A stretch of DNA of 63,517 nt, counting the filler, from Malassezia furfur (taxonomy: Eukaryota), in NCBI GenBank assembly GCA_052055015.1. It is 8 parts of 8 records of this genome, joined end to end, with 100 filler letters (N's around TTAATTAATTAA, not from the genome) between each part and the next. Parts side by side here need not be neighbours in the genome. Positions count along the whole stretch, not along the records: positions 39,972 to 47,783 come from JBQJIT010000484.1; positions 47,884 to 55,651 come from JBQJIT010000485.1; positions 55,752 to 63,517 come from JBQJIT010000486.1; 5 more parts are not named here. One strand, given 5' to 3'. The notes below the pieces were generated by a model. That model was given only the letters and a program-made list of their open reading frames with translations, was not told the DNA's origin and made no database searches. How positions within the stretch are numbered: the stretch's first letter is position 1; every line of letters begins with the position of its first letter. Positions 45,440 through 60,439 of this stretch are shown here, in pieces. The translations under genes and the position numbers were made by a program.

Positions 45440-47783
45440 TTAGTCGGCCACGTACGGCAGGTACGCACCGACCTGCACGGCCGGCGCAGCACCCACATGC
45501 GTGGTAACCGGTGCACGCGCCGCCGGCTCGTGCACAACAGGGACGGCGGGCGCATGCGGCGCAGGCTCGGCGACCCGTGGCGCGGCCGCAGGCGCCGCGG
45601 CGATCTCAGGCTCCGACGTATACAGCGTGCTGGACGTGAACGCCGGCTGCGCGGTCGGAATCGGCGACGCGGCCTTGGCGTAGCGCGCAGGGTTCGGCGC
45701 GGTGATTGGTGGCGGTGCCTGCGAGTACGTCGTGGTGGGCGCGGCCGCCATGGGCGCGGTGGCCACAGGCGCGGTCGTTGCAGGCGCCGCTGTTGCGGGC
45801 GCAGCTGGCGCTGGCACCTGCGCTGGTGCCGGTACGTGTGCTGGTGCCGGCGCGTGCGCTGGTGCCGGAGCGTGCGCTGGTGCCGGAGCGTGCGCTGGTG
45901 CCGGCGCGTGCGTCGGTTCGGCAAAGTGGTGCGTGAGCGGCGAGGTGGCGACCGCCGTGTACGGCGCGTGCTGCGTCACCGGACTCGGCATCGACGGAGT
46001 GCGCGACGTGGCGGTACTGGGCGCCATGCGCTGGGCTTGCACGCTCTCGGGTGACAGAGGCCGCGAGACGCTCGCAAGGTTCTTGTAGGTTTCATTCAAA
46101 CGCGGCGACGACGCGTGCGGTGGCGACGTATGCCCAAACGGCCGAAGTGCCGAGGGCGACAGGCTGCGCCCACTTGCCTCGTCCGTCGCGAACATGCCCG
46201 GAGTCTGGTTGATGTCGAGGTGGTCGATGGCTGGGAAGTTGTTAATGCGTGCGGCCGCTGCCTGCAGCGCCTTGGTGCTGCCGACGCCTTCGAAGTACGC
46301 GCGGTTCTCGCTGGCATCGCCGAGCGGCGAGCCACGCGAGTTGGGCGTCAGCGAGGCGTACTGACCACCCGGTGCCGACGCCAGATGACCCACGGATGGC
46401 GCGGGCGGCAGGGCAGGGATCGCGTCGTTGGGGTAGCCAAGCCCCATGTCATAGCCGGGGTACGCCATATGCGACGTGGACACACCGTACTCGGCCGGTG
46501 CTTCGGTCGGCGCCTCGTTATCGACGTACGCAGCCTCGTCAGCCTCAGGAATCACGGAGTCGTTGTAGACCGCATCTTGGCCCAGGCCCTCGCTCATCGT
46601 CCCCGACGCGGCCAGGTCTGCATCGCGGCCCATGTGCTCGGGGTAGTGCGCGGTATCCTCATATTCGTATGCCTGCGGGTCGCCTTCCTCGACGTAGGCC
46701 TCCGAGTAATCCTGCATGTCCTCGCTCTCGGGCACCGTCGGCAGACCCGCCGTGGCGTCCGTCGCAGGCACAGGCACCGACGCGGGCATGCTGGAACCGT
46801 GGCCAGGCGCCGACCAGCCCTGCGAGCCGCGGCTCGTGTCGTCAGCAGAAAGCGACTGGTCGGCGGCCAGGGCCGAGGTGCGCAGCGTCGGCGCAGTCCG
46901 TGCGCCAGCACCGCCCGCTGCGGCGGCGCCCACGACGGCGCCACCGCCGGTCGCCGACTCACTGAACTTGGGCACCGTCGGCGAGCTGTAGTCGCGCGAG
47001 AGCGACTCGTTCTGCGGCTCCTGGCGCGGCTGGAAGTGGATCGAGTCGAGCTGCCGAATGGCTTCCTGGAGCAGGCGGTCCGTGCGTGCTTCATCTGGGG
47101 TGTGAGTGCGGGCATACGTACTTCGGTATGGCTGGCGTCCCTTGCCGGGCACGGTCGCGACCATCGGGAGCTCCTCACCCAGGAGCCGGCACGTTTCGGC
47201 GATCACAATGCACTTCTCGCCCAGCTCCATCATGCCGCCGCTCTTGAGGTTGAGCGCCTCGACAATCGTGCGTCGCTTGAAGTCGCCAAGTGCCGCCTCC
47301 TCATGCACCATCTCGTTACGCAGCACCTCCATGTCGCTGCGCATCTCCCGCAGATTGCTCGTCACGCGCGCGAGCTCCTTGTTCTCGGGGCCCATCTTGG
47401 CGAGCTTGCGCTCCACGCTCTCAATCTTGGACCCGAGCGAGCGCTTGCGCGCCTTGAGCTCCGCATACCCTTCCTCGCGCGAACGGATCGACTTGAGGTG
47501 CAGACGCATGGTCGACACAAAGTAGTTGAACCTCAGCTCGGCTTTGCTGAAGTGCTCGTACAGCAACGCGACCTTGGGCAGCACATCTTCGAGGTCATCG
47601 CCCTCGCCGTTACTCCACGTGCGGAGCGAGTCGGCACTCTTCTGCACCTCGGCCGCGGCCTTGGCGTTCGCGGTCGTGAACAGCTTTTCGGCATGAATGA
47701 GGTTCTGGAGATCCCTGTGTCAGCACACGCCACCTACTTCAGCTCGCTGTTTCCGAACGTCGTGAACGTCGAGTTATGCGCGA
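45440..47783 (-). CDS. Pil1/Lsp1-like eisosome BAR-domain protein with long low-complexity tail, 5' truncated; introns 47715-47737 (23 nt), 47095-47121 (27 nt, in-frame)
   Basis: DLQNLIHAEK, LRTWSNGEGDDLEDVLPK, MRLHLKSIRSREE, EAALGDFKR, ELGEKCIVIA resemble the Pil1 core. Confidence 0.75.
45804..45911 (-). repeat. Six copies of an 18-nt coding tandem repeat encoding (HAPAPA)n
   Basis: GCTGGTGCCGGNNCGTGY units at 45822, 45840, 45858, 45876 and 45894, plus a degenerate unit at 45804. Confidence 0.9.
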
Positions 47784-47883
47784 NNNNNNNNNNNNNNNNN
47801 NNNNNNNNNNNNNNNNNNNNNNNNNNNTTAATTAATTAANNNNNNNNNNNNNNNNNNNNNNNNNNNNNNNNNNNNNNNNNNNN

Positions 47884-50800
47884 CCTCGAGCGTGTTGCGC
47901 GTGATCAGGCGGTACACGTTGACCACCTTCTTTTGGCCAAGGCGGTGTGCGCGGTCCATCGCCTGCAAGTCCTTCATCGGGTTCCAGTCGTGCTCCACAA
48001 AGATGACCGTGTCGGCGCCCGTCAGCGTAAGGCCCAGGCCACCGACCGAGGTCGTGAGCAGCAGCACGTCGATGCTGGGGTCCGCATTGAACGTCTGCAC
48101 GATGCCGTGGCGCTTGTCGTGGCTCACGCTGCCATCCAGGCGCAGGTAGGTCACGCTCGGCATGAGCGGCTTGAGCAAGTCGTTCTCGATCACGTCGAGC
48201 ATCTGCTTCATCTGGCAAAAGATGAGCACGCGGTGCTGCGACACGGCGGCGCCCTCGGTGCACGCCGTAGCGAGCAGCGCACCGCTCGACGCGCTCGGCT
48301 CGGTGCCGATGCCGCAGTCGAGCAGGAGCTGGCGTAGCGCTTGGAGCTTGGGCGCATTCGCGAGGCCCTGCAGCGTGCCGCGCTGCTTCTCGACCTGCTC
48401 GAGCAGCTGGCGCTGCGCCGGGACGTTGGCGTTGAGCACCAGCGACGGATGGTTGGCGAGCTTGCGCAGGTACTGCAGTGTCTGGAAGACGTGCTGCTTC
48501 GGCTCTTCGGCAGGGGCCTCGGCGTCCGACGTGCCGGCCAGCTCGTCCTCGACGTCGTTCCGCGCCTGCGACTTGACAAACTCGTCGTAGAGCTGCTTTT
48601 GCACCTCACCCAAATCGCACTCGACGTCCTGGATGATCTTGGGCGGCAGGTCGTCCAGCACGTCCTCCTTCAGGCGGCGCAGCAGGAATGGCACAATCTG
48701 CTTGTGCAAGGCCTCGAGCGCGAGCGTCGCCGCCTCCTGCTCGGCGGCGCTCGGCTTCCCCGAGCGGCACGCCAGCACGGGCTTGGCGAAGCGCTCGTAG
48801 AACGCATGGTCCGTGCCCAGGAAGCCGGGCATCAAGAAGTCAAACAGGCTCCACAGTTCCAGTGCGTTGTTCTGGATCGGGGTACCCGACAGGATGAGGC
48901 GGTGCTGCGCGCGGATTTGCTTGACCGCCTTGGTCGTCTTGGTCTTGGCGCTGCAAATCACATGGCCCTCGTCGAGGATGCAGTAGTACCACGCGAGCGG
49001 TGCCAGCGCCGCGATATCGTTGCGCACCACATCGTACGACATGATCACTGCATCGTACGACGCAATCTGGGCCTGGAGACGCGCGCGCTCGGCGGGATGG
49101 CCCGCGTACAAGAGCGGGCGCAGGTTCGGCGAGTACTGCTGGATCTCGTGCACCCAGTGCCCGGTCAGCGTCGGGGGGCACACGATCAGCGACGGGATCG
49201 GCTTGGCATCCGGCGCCTGTGTCGCGCGCCACCGCTCGTCGCGCTCAAAGTGCTTGCACGAGAGCAGCGTGATGGACTGCAGCGTCTTGCCGAGGCCCAT
49301 GTCGTCGCACAAAATGCCGTGCAGCTGGTACTTGGCCAAGAACGCCATCCAGCTCACGCCTTCCATCTGGTACTTGCGCAACTCGACCTTCATCTCGATC
49401 GGCAGCGTGTACGGCTGCACCTTGCTGCCGTCGAGCAGCTGCGTCAAGAACTCTTCTTCGGACTTCCGGCGGGCCAGCAGCGCGGGGGGGAAGCCGGGCG
49501 GGTCCGGCAGGCCGTGGATGAGCGGCACGAGCTTGACAAGCTCGGCAAATGTGTTGGTGGCAAGCAAACGCACATCCTCATCGCTGTCGCTCATGCGCCC
49601 CAGCACCGGCACCACGAGGAAGATGACGTAGGGCAGCAAACGGTCGTCCAACGCACGCACCGTGTGCGACAGCGTCTCGATCGCGCCCTGGCGGTGCACG
49701 ACGTGCGCCGCGTCGCCGAGAAGCGGCACGACACGCTCGACGAGCGCGTGCATCGCAGGGTCGGTGAGCGCGCGCGTCAAGACGCTGTAGCATCGCGCGC
49801 CTGCCGCGCGCACCACCGCAACGCTGCTCTGTGTGACGTTGACGAGCGTCGTGAGCAGCGGCATGAGTGTCGCGTGCAGCGCAGCGTCGAGGTGCGGTAC
49901 GACCGCCTCGCACACCGAGCACGCATCGAGCACCGCCTGGCCCAGTGCGTCGTCGCGCACGAGGTCCACGGTGCGGCCCTCGGCAAAGGTGTCGAGCAGT
50001 GGCTGGGCGCTGCTCTCCCACAGCGCCGGCACGCGCTCCCACAGCGCTGCGCCAAACTGCACGCAGATCTGCTGCAGCGCCTGGTCGGCGCCGCGGCGGA
50101 TCAGGCGGCTGACCTGCAACCCCGTGTCCTCTGGCGCGGCCAACTCGGCGTACTTGCCTTTGGCCGGCGGCTTGCGCGGGGTGTCGAGCGTCGCGAGCGT
50201 GTAGATGCGATCCGTCTGGGCCTTGGCCTCCGCAAAGACGGCCGTGTGCGACGTGTCTTGGCACACGAACGCACACAGGTTCTTGACGATCTTGGCGCTC
50301 GGATTCGCGCGCGCCCCGGGGCGGCTGCACAGCTCGAGGAAGCGCGCCACGGCAGTGGCGCTGCGTGCCTGCAGGTCCGCATTCTCCTCGTACTTGACGC
50401 TGTTCATAATGCTCCGGATCACCGGGTTCAGCTTCGGCGGCAGCACCTCCCACGCAATCACCGCCGTCGCCACGGCCGAGAGCACGAGGATGTCCTCGGT
50501 CTCTTTGGTGGTCTGGTAGCGCTCGACGCCGGTCAAAATCTTGCGCCGCTGGTCCTCGAGCACGCTGCGTGCCGACTCGCGCGACTTGGGCCCCAGCTGC
50601 GCCTCGAGCTCGGCGTAGGTGTCTTCGGCGATGCGCCGCGCGTCCTCCAGCGTAAAGGCCCCCGCGGGCATGGGCGGCACCTTGGCTTTCGGTAGGCGCC
50701 CTTCGCGCACAAACAGGTTGAGCAGCGTCTGGCAGTCGTGCTGCATGCGCTGCAGCATCACCGTCATTTCGGCGTACGTCGTGGGCATCGTCGCATCCAG

Positions 50801-53227
50801 CAGCGCAAGTAGTGTCTGGTGCACCTGGGCGACGGCCGGGTGCGTCTCGAGGAAGGCTACGCACCCGGGCGCCACCAGCTCCGCCCAGCGCTGCAGCACG
50901 ACCGAGGCCAGGCACTTTTGCAGCGCCGACATCGACCCGAGGTAGGTCTGCAGCAGCTTGCACGCCTCCTCCTCGGCGGGCGGCAGGCGCGCAAGCACTT
51001 CGCCGAGGGCCGTCGCGGCACCGAGACGCCCGCGGATCACGGTGTCGATCCCGACGAGCGTCAGGTCTTGGGACAAAATACCCTTGTCGACGTCGTGCTC
51101 AATCCGCGCGCCGGCGGTGGTCTGCGCGGGCTTGTAGAAGAGCTGGTAGTCAATAGGCTCGCCGATTGGCATCATGACGATGCGGAAAAGCGTCGGGATG
51201 TACGGCAAGACGCACGCCGCAAAGCGCTCCAAGTCCGCGGCCAGCACACCAAGCACCTGCGCCCAGACGCGCGCGGTGGCGTCGCGGATCGGCGCGCGCT
51301 CCTCGACAATCATGTTCTGGAAGAGGAGACGCACGAGCCGCTCATCCACCCATGCGTGGTCTGCCGCGTCCGCCTGCAGGAACGCATGCATCGCATTCAG
51401 CACCGACAGCCGCACACTCGTGATCGTGTGCCGGAAAAAGGTGTACAGCAGGGGTATCAGCGCCACGAGCGCATGCTCGCCCGTGCGCGTCTGCATCACC
51501 TCCATCACACGCGCATAGCCAAACAGCTTCGCAAGCAGGTCCATTACACCGCCCGTGCTGCTCGACAGGTCGTCTTTCATGTCACTGATGCACGACCACA
51601 GCTGGTCGAGCAGCGCAGGGATCCGGTCGAGGTGCTGCTCGACGAGCTCCTCGGTGACGGGCAGCAACGTCGCCGCCGCCACCGCACGCACGTCGTCGTC
51701 CGCGTCGCGTAGACCAAGCATCGCAACGTCCACCACATCGGTGAGCATGTCGCTCCCGAGCGCCACGTCGCGTTCTTCGTCCGCGCGCTGGCGCAGCAGG
51801 TCATGCCGCACCGCCACCTCGTACTTGAGGCCGAGGAGGCCCGCGTGCCGCACCTCCCACACGTACTCGGTGCGCCGCGCGCCTTGCTGTGCATCGGGCG
51901 CCTTGACCGTGTCCTGCCGGATCATTTCGAGGAGCACAGCATGCGTCTGCCGCACGAGCGCACTGGTCATGTGCGGCAGCAGCTGCGCAAGCGTCTGCGA
52001 GGCCGTCTCACGCACGGGCGCCACCACCTGGTCAAACACAAAGTCGCCCAGGCGGTCCAGCGCAAAGACGCACAGCAGTCGCACGGCCAAATCCTCGGCC
52101 CACACGGCGTGCCGCGCAGCGTTGGACGTATGCGAGACGCCCACGCGCCGCCCGCCGCCGGTGCCCTGCGTGCGAAAAAGCTCGCGAAGGCCCAGCGCCG
52201 CGCCGTGCCGCGACTCCCACGTCGGCGAAAACAGCTCGAGGCTCAGCAGCTCGGCCAACGCACGGAACGGCCATTCGCCAGGCGCAGCCTGCAGCGAGAC
52301 CGTGGTCGCAGCCGCTGGCTTCGCCTCGGCGTCACCCTCGAGCTTGACGCGCTTCTCCTTCTCTTCGTCGCCGCGCGCGGGCGACGGCGCAGCGCCGCCA
52401 ACGAGGGGGAGCGGCGATGTGCCACCGGGACGCGCATTGCTGTTCATCTTCGCCTCGTTCTTGCGCTTGCGCTTCAGTTGGTTGCGCTCGCGCGCACTCA
52501 GCTGGCGCTCAGGCACCTCCTCGACCTCGATCTTGGGTGCCGGAGGAACTTCAGCGGGCACCTCTTCCTTCTTGGCCGGCTTGCCTTTGAGCTGCAATTC
52601 CGAATCCATATCGACGCCGACGTCAATGTCCTCGCCGCCAAAGCCCAGGCCAAGCTTGCCTAGCAAGTCTTTCTTCGCGTGCTGCAGCCGCTCGCTCGAA
52701 AGTAGCTCGGGCACATCATACTCCTTCCCGGCCGATGCCAAGAGTTTCGTGCCGGCGGTCAGCAGCGTACTCAGCGAAAAGTCGGCAAACTTGAGCGGCG
52801 CAGGGCCAGGCGTAGCATCGGCAGGCGTCGCCGCTGCTGACGCATCGCCCTCGTCTTCGGTCTCGGTCCCGCTCGGATCCCACGTCCCCGCCGCGAGCGA
52901 AATTTGGTATATGGCCTGCGCGGCCGCATTGCGGGTTTCCCACGACTTGGACATGAGAAGCGGCACGACGCGCGCCAGCAGCGACGTAACTTCGCCCCAC
53001 TCGCCCTCCACGCCGCAGTAGGTTGTGGTGGGCGCGCCGGCACCGTGGGTGGGCGCCGCAGACGCCTCGGAGGACGCCGGTGCATTGGACTCGGTAGTGC
53101 TTGCGCCGCGCACGCGCAGCGCCGCGATCTGCCCGAGTTGCACGGCGGCCGTCGACCGGATCGACTGCGAGGACCCAATGTCCAGCAGCGACACGAGCCG
53201 GTCAAGACGCGTGGCAGGAGAGCCCAT
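47884..53227 (-). CDS. MOT1: TBP-associated SNF2 ATPase Mot1/BTAF1, 3' truncated
   Basis: TRLDRLVSLLDIGS, WESRHGAALGLRE, LDRLGDFVFDQVVAPVRET, GILCDDMGLGKTLQ, ILDEGH, HDWNPMKDLQAMDRAHRLGQ. Confidence 0.95.
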
Positions 53228-53433
53228 GATCGGCGGTGGTTAGGAGTCCGCCAGAGGGTACACGGGCGCTACCTCGCGTATAAAAAGAAGCCGCGGAGGT
53301 GGTATCACGCAATACTGCACAGATGCGATGCTGTGCCCAATTCTGCGTTGCGTGGACGAGACACCAAAGTTGCCCCACTGTCCCCCACACGTCCTTCGCA
53401 CGGCGGCCATTTTTTGGCTGCAAGATGGGCGAC

Positions 53434-53441
53434 TTTATATA
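53434..53441 (-). promoter_or_regulatory. TATA box (TATATAAA) upstream of MOT1 and of a structured element
   Basis: Consensus TATA in an otherwise GC-rich context, about 210 nt upstream of the MOT1 ATG. Confidence 0.5.
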
Positions 53442-53778
53442 TCACGCGCGTCGCCGGCAGGGACTCGACGTAATTCCCCAAATCGCTGTCGGCCGCGCCG
53501 AGCCGAAACCCCGCGCTTGGGCCATGTCGTACTGGGGACCAACCAACCCACCCCCCCTTGTTGTGCATCCCATCGCCAAGCCGACTTCGGCCCGTATGGT
53601 CGTAGTCAATGCAAACACATAGGCAGTCGTCCACACGTCGGCCTCGCGCTACGGAATGGCTCATGACGTCGCACACAACCCCCTGACCGTGCACGTGGCG
53701 CCCCATCTGCAGCAACACTATCGAGCGTGTAGCAGCCCTTTCTGAACGAAAGCGAGGAACGTATCGTCTATATCATAC

Positions 53779-54312
53779 CTAGCGATCCTCGGCCCATTCC
53801 TGTATAAGTCATGGGGCGCACAACGTACGTTTTCCCGGCGGATCTGCGCCTCCTCCTCCGGCGTAAAGTCGTTGTGGATATTGAACAGCTTGCGGATCTC
53901 TTCGGGCTGCTTGCCCTTGATCATATTCGCACTGCCTGTCAGTTTCCCGTAGAACATACATCGTCTTGCAGCCCACATCGAGCAGGCTTTTGATATCGAG
54001 GTAGTTGGCCGCCAGGATGATTTCAAACAGCATCTCTTGGTCGACCTGGATAAACTTGGCATCCCACTCCGAAATGTCTGTTGCACGACGCCGCATCTCG
54101 TCCGCATCGTCGCTGGTCGTCGGCAGATCGTTGCGGTGGTGGCTGCAGTACTCCAGCACCTTGGCCAGCACACTCGACGAAACGTTCGGCAGCGGGATCG
54201 GTTGATCCGTCTCGCCAATGTCCTCGATCATCTGCTTGATGAGCACCGACCGCTCCGCCACATCGCGGTCGACGGTAAAGTGCTCGTTATCCGACGTCGT
54301 TAGCAGCACCAT
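53779..54312 (-). CDS. SKP1: SCF subunit Skp1; introns 53932-53959 (28 nt), 53800-53828 (29 nt)
   Basis: [66 protein letters not shown]. Confidence 0.96.
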
Positions 54313-54399
54313 GACTGTACGACACGCTGGGGCGACACGCGTGCCGACCGCGGCCGAGGCACTGTCACGTGATGCGAAGAACCGCGGCGAGGATTCCTC

Positions 54400-55651
54400 A
54401 TGGCGTCCAGCTGGAGGAGTGCGGTGCGTGCGCTTCATGCGGTGCGCACGCCGTCCGTGGCGCGCACGTACAGCTCGCAGGTGGCGCCGGGTCGTCCGGT
54501 TGCCTCGGCAGCGTCTGTCGCTGTCGGGGTGACCGCGCCGGCGCCGGTTGTTGAAGTCGTGGGGCCGTACCGTCGCGAGCGCCGTGCCGAGCGCAAGCGC
54601 CAGCGCAAGGCCACCAAGAGGCGCAAGCAGACTGATTCGATTGCTGCACGCCTCGGTGTGACGGAGCAAAAGGTCGCGCCGCTTGTGCGTACCGACCACC
54701 AGTTCAAGACGTTCAAGCCGATCACCCCGTCGATCCGCTGGGTGCGTCACCCGCTGCAAACCGAGCTGCACCGCGGGCGGCCGGTCCGCGCGCTGACCAT
54801 CGCGAAGCGCAGTAAGGGTGGTCGTAACCACCACGGCCACATCACGGTGCGTGGGCGTGGCGGTGGGCACCGCCGCCGTCTGCGTCTCGTCGACTTTTAC
54901 CGCTGGGAGGCCGGCGAGCAGCGCGTGGTGCGTCTCGAATACGACCCGAACCGCAGTGCGCACCTGGCGCTGATCGAGCACAATGAGACCAAGCGGCTGA
55001 GCTACATCCTGGCGCCCGACCAGCTGTCGGTCGGCGATACAGTGCAGAGCTACCGCACCATGTCGGACGCGACCGAGGGCCCTTCGTCGGGCAGCAGTTT
55101 GGACTTGGGTATTTTCCGTACGCACGCCATCCGCCCCGGCAACGTGCTTCCGCTGCGCCTGATCCCCATCGGCACGACGATTCACGCGATTTCGCTGCAG
55201 CCGCTGGGTCCGGCGAAGCTGGTGCGTGCCGCTGGCACCACGGGGCAGCTCGTGGCCTTTTCCAACTACCGCCAGCCGGATGAGGCGCTCGAGGAAGGCG
55301 AGACGCGCAACGCGACGCACGCTCAGGTGCGCCTGTCGAGTGGCGAGGTGCGTCTCGTGCCGGTCAACTCGTGCGCCACGATTGGCGTGGTGAGCAACAA
55401 GGACCACCAGCACCGCCGTTTGGGCAAGGCCGGCCGCTCGCGCTGGCTTGGGTGGCGCCCTAAGGTGCGTGGTACGGCGATGAACGCGGTCGACCACCCG
55501 CACGGTGGTGGTCGTGGCAAGTCCAAGTCGAACAAGGTGCCGCGCAGCATTTACGGCTACCCCAAGAAGTTCCAGCGCACGCGCAAGCCTGGCACTCGTG
55601 GCGGCAACCGCATGGTGCTGCGCGAGCGTCCGCGCCGCAACGGCAAGCGCG
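54400..55651 (+). CDS. RML2: Mitochondrial ribosomal protein uL2m, 3' truncated
   Basis: Presequence, [58 protein letters not shown]. Confidence 0.93.
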
Positions 55652-55751
55652 NNNNNNNNNNNNNNNNNNNNNNNNNNNNNNNNNNNNNNNNNNNNTTAAT
55701 TAATTAANNNNNNNNNNNNNNNNNNNNNNNNNNNNNNNNNNNNNNNNNNNN

Positions 55752-58259
<2,508 letters not shown>

Positions 58260-58405
58260 GCACACACCCGCCTGTGCGGTCAGCGGAACACGAGGGCCCT
58301 TGGCAGGGCCCATGTGTCTTACATAAGCCACCTAGCAATCCTACGTAAACAGAATCGCGCTGGCTACGTGGAGCCCGTGGAAGTTTCGTCGTCCACGTTG
58401 TACCG

Positions 58406-59317
58406 ATGTCGTACGGGCACTCTTCGTTCGTGCCCCCGCAGCACATGTCTCATGACCCATACCGCTACCCGCGGTCATCCTCGTCGTCGAACGAGTGGGT
58501 CCAGCGTGTGAAAGACTACTCTTCGCAGGCCGAGGATGTGATTGACACCTGGTCACAGCCCATCAAGCCTTACCTTCCGGCGCTCGGTCGGTTCCTGATC
58601 GTCGTGACCTTTTTGGAGGATGCGATCCGCATCATCACACAGTGGGGGGACCAGACGACCTACCTTAACCGCTACCGCGGTATCCCCAACTTCATCACAC
58701 AGCTCTTCCTGCTCATCAACGTGGTCATCATGGTGAGTGCGTCGGTGCTCGTTATTATCCGCCGCTACCCGGAGATCAGCGTCGGGTCGCTGCTCGGTGT
58801 GATTGTTCTCCAGGGCCTGGGGTACGGTTTGATCACCGACATGAACTTCTTCCTGCGCAACCTGTCGGTCGTCGGCGGCCTGCTCATGGTGCTGTCGGAC
58901 AGCTTTGCGAACCAGCGCAAGAACATCTTTGCGGGCCTGCCGAGCATCAGCGAGACGGACAAGCGCATCTACTTCCAGTTTGCAGGCCGCGTGTTGCTCA
59001 TCTTCCTGTTCATCGGGTTCGTCTTCCAGGGCGAGTGGAGTTTCTTCCGCGCCGCGGTGTCGGTGCTGGGCTTTGGCGCGTGCATCATGGTGGTGGTCGG
59101 CTTCAAGGCACGCTGGAGCGCCATCTTCTTGGTCATGCTGCTGAGCATCCTCAACATTGCGGTGAACAACTTCTGGACCGTGCACTCGGCGCACCCGCAG
59201 CGCGACTTTTTGCGCTACGACTTCTTCCAGACGCTCTCGATTGTGGGCGGCCTGCTTCTTCTGGTCAACATGGGCCCCGGCGGCCTGTCGATGGACGAGC
59301 GTAAAAAGGTGACATAA
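58406..59317 (+). CDS. ERV29: SURF4/Erv29 ER cargo receptor
   Basis: KPYLPALGRFLIVVTFLED, FFLRNLSVVGGLL, YDFFQTLSIVGGLL, GPGGLSMDERKKVT (dilysine tail). Confidence 0.93.
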   Translation: MSYGHSSFVPPQHMSHDPYRYPRSSSSSNEWVQRVKDYSSQAEDVIDTWSQPIKPYLPALGRFLIVVTFLEDAIRIITQWGDQTTYLNRYRGIPNFITQLFLLINVVIMVSASVLVIIRRYPEISVGSLLGVIVLQGLGYGLITDMNFFLRNLSVVGGLLMVLSDSFANQRKNIFAGLPSISETDKRIYFQFAGRVLLIFLFIGFVFQGEWSFFRAAVSVLGFGACIMVVVGFKARWSAIFLVMLLSILNIAVNNFWTVHSAHPQRDFLRYDFFQTLSIVGGLLLLVNMGPGGLSMDERKKVT

Positions 59318-59403
59318 AGGTGATGGCCAACGACTGTGCGGGTCTCGCGCTGTTTTGTAGAGAATTCGAGACCCGGTTGTGACGAAGTATGCAATTAGGT
59401 ACA

Positions 59404-60352
59404 CTACGAATGGGGCACCACGCGCGTGCCGTCCGGCTGGATGCCGCACGCCTTGACGAGCGCAGGCCAGTACACGTTAAAGTCGAACTCGTATGGGTAC
59501 GTTCCGCCCGGGAACTGGTCGTCGAGCTGGTCGGGGCGAATGAATTCGGTCATGTCGGGGTGATTGAAGCGGATCTTGTCCTTGGTGACCGGGTCGAGGA
59601 ACGGCGAGAGCGCCGTAAAGAAGGCCGTGATGAACTTGGGCGTGTGGCACACAAACGCACGGCCCAGGCGCTCCACGTAGTGGTTTTGCAAAATGTGCGC
59701 GACGTGCCGCGCGGTAGAGAGCGACGGCGTGGTGGACAGGCTCGCGCCGTGGAAGTCGACGATGATCGTGAGTGTTTCCTGGCCCGGGGGCATCAGGTTG
59801 ATCCCGCGCTCAAGACTCCAGACCAGGTAGCGAATCTGGCGCGGGCTCGTCTTGGTGTTTTCGCGGCCCGGGCGGAGATAGAGGATCGGACGGCCCTGGC
59901 GGTCGAATCCATTGAGGACGTGCTTTCCTGTGGTGGCCTCCGGTGCCACTTCATCGGGCGGGATAATCTCTGGCTTGAACTCGCGGCGCCATTGCAGCGT
60001 ATCCTGTGTGAGAAGGTGCGCGAAGAACGGCGGTACGTACGATGATGCGGCGCTTGGACGATCGCAGATCGCCGCGCGTGGCACGCAGGTAGCGCTTGTA
60101 GACGTTGTTGTCCTGCAACCAGGCCTCTTCGTATTTTGCGTACGCCGGCTCACACGGGTGTGCCTGGCGGTGCTCTGCGACGTGTTGCTCGAGCTCCAGA
60201 AGCTTCTCCTCGTCTCCCGGCTGCAGGGCAGGCGGGGGTGCAGGCTTCTCATCGGCGGTTGGCGTGAAGATCACCGCGGTGGTGCGCGGCGTCTTGTTCG
60301 CGTCGGCCTTCTCGGCCTTGTCCTTCGCGCCACCTTTGAACAGAAACGACAT
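59404..60352 (-). CDS. PDR16: CRAL-TRIO phosphatidylinositol transfer protein (Pdr16/Sfh3-like); 37-nt intron 60004-60040
   Basis: RYLRATR, |DTLQWRREFKP, TTGK..LNGFDRQGRPILYLRPGRENT, LQNHYVERLG, PFLDPVTKDKI. Confidence 0.85.
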
Positions 60353-60439
60353 GGCCGGTGTCCGGAAAACTAAACTCCGCCCGCCGCGGACGTTACTTTT
60401 TTCTCCACATGGCGCGCGGCCCCGTTGGATCGCTATCGG

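Noticed and set aside
48341..50695. Long antisense or alternate-frame ORFs (also 28134-30185, 36211-37935, 55696-57453 and many others)
   Set aside because: These are expected shadows of high-GC3 coding strands with few stop codons. They are Arg/Ala-rich with no family motifs.
53289..53408. HDV-like or hammerhead ribozyme, 5S rRNA or spliceosomal snRNA identity for the MOT1-upstream element
   Set aside because: No nested pseudoknot order, no CUGANGA/GAAA core, and no 5S, U1, U2, U4, U5 or U6 signature sequences. Kept only as an unassigned candidate.
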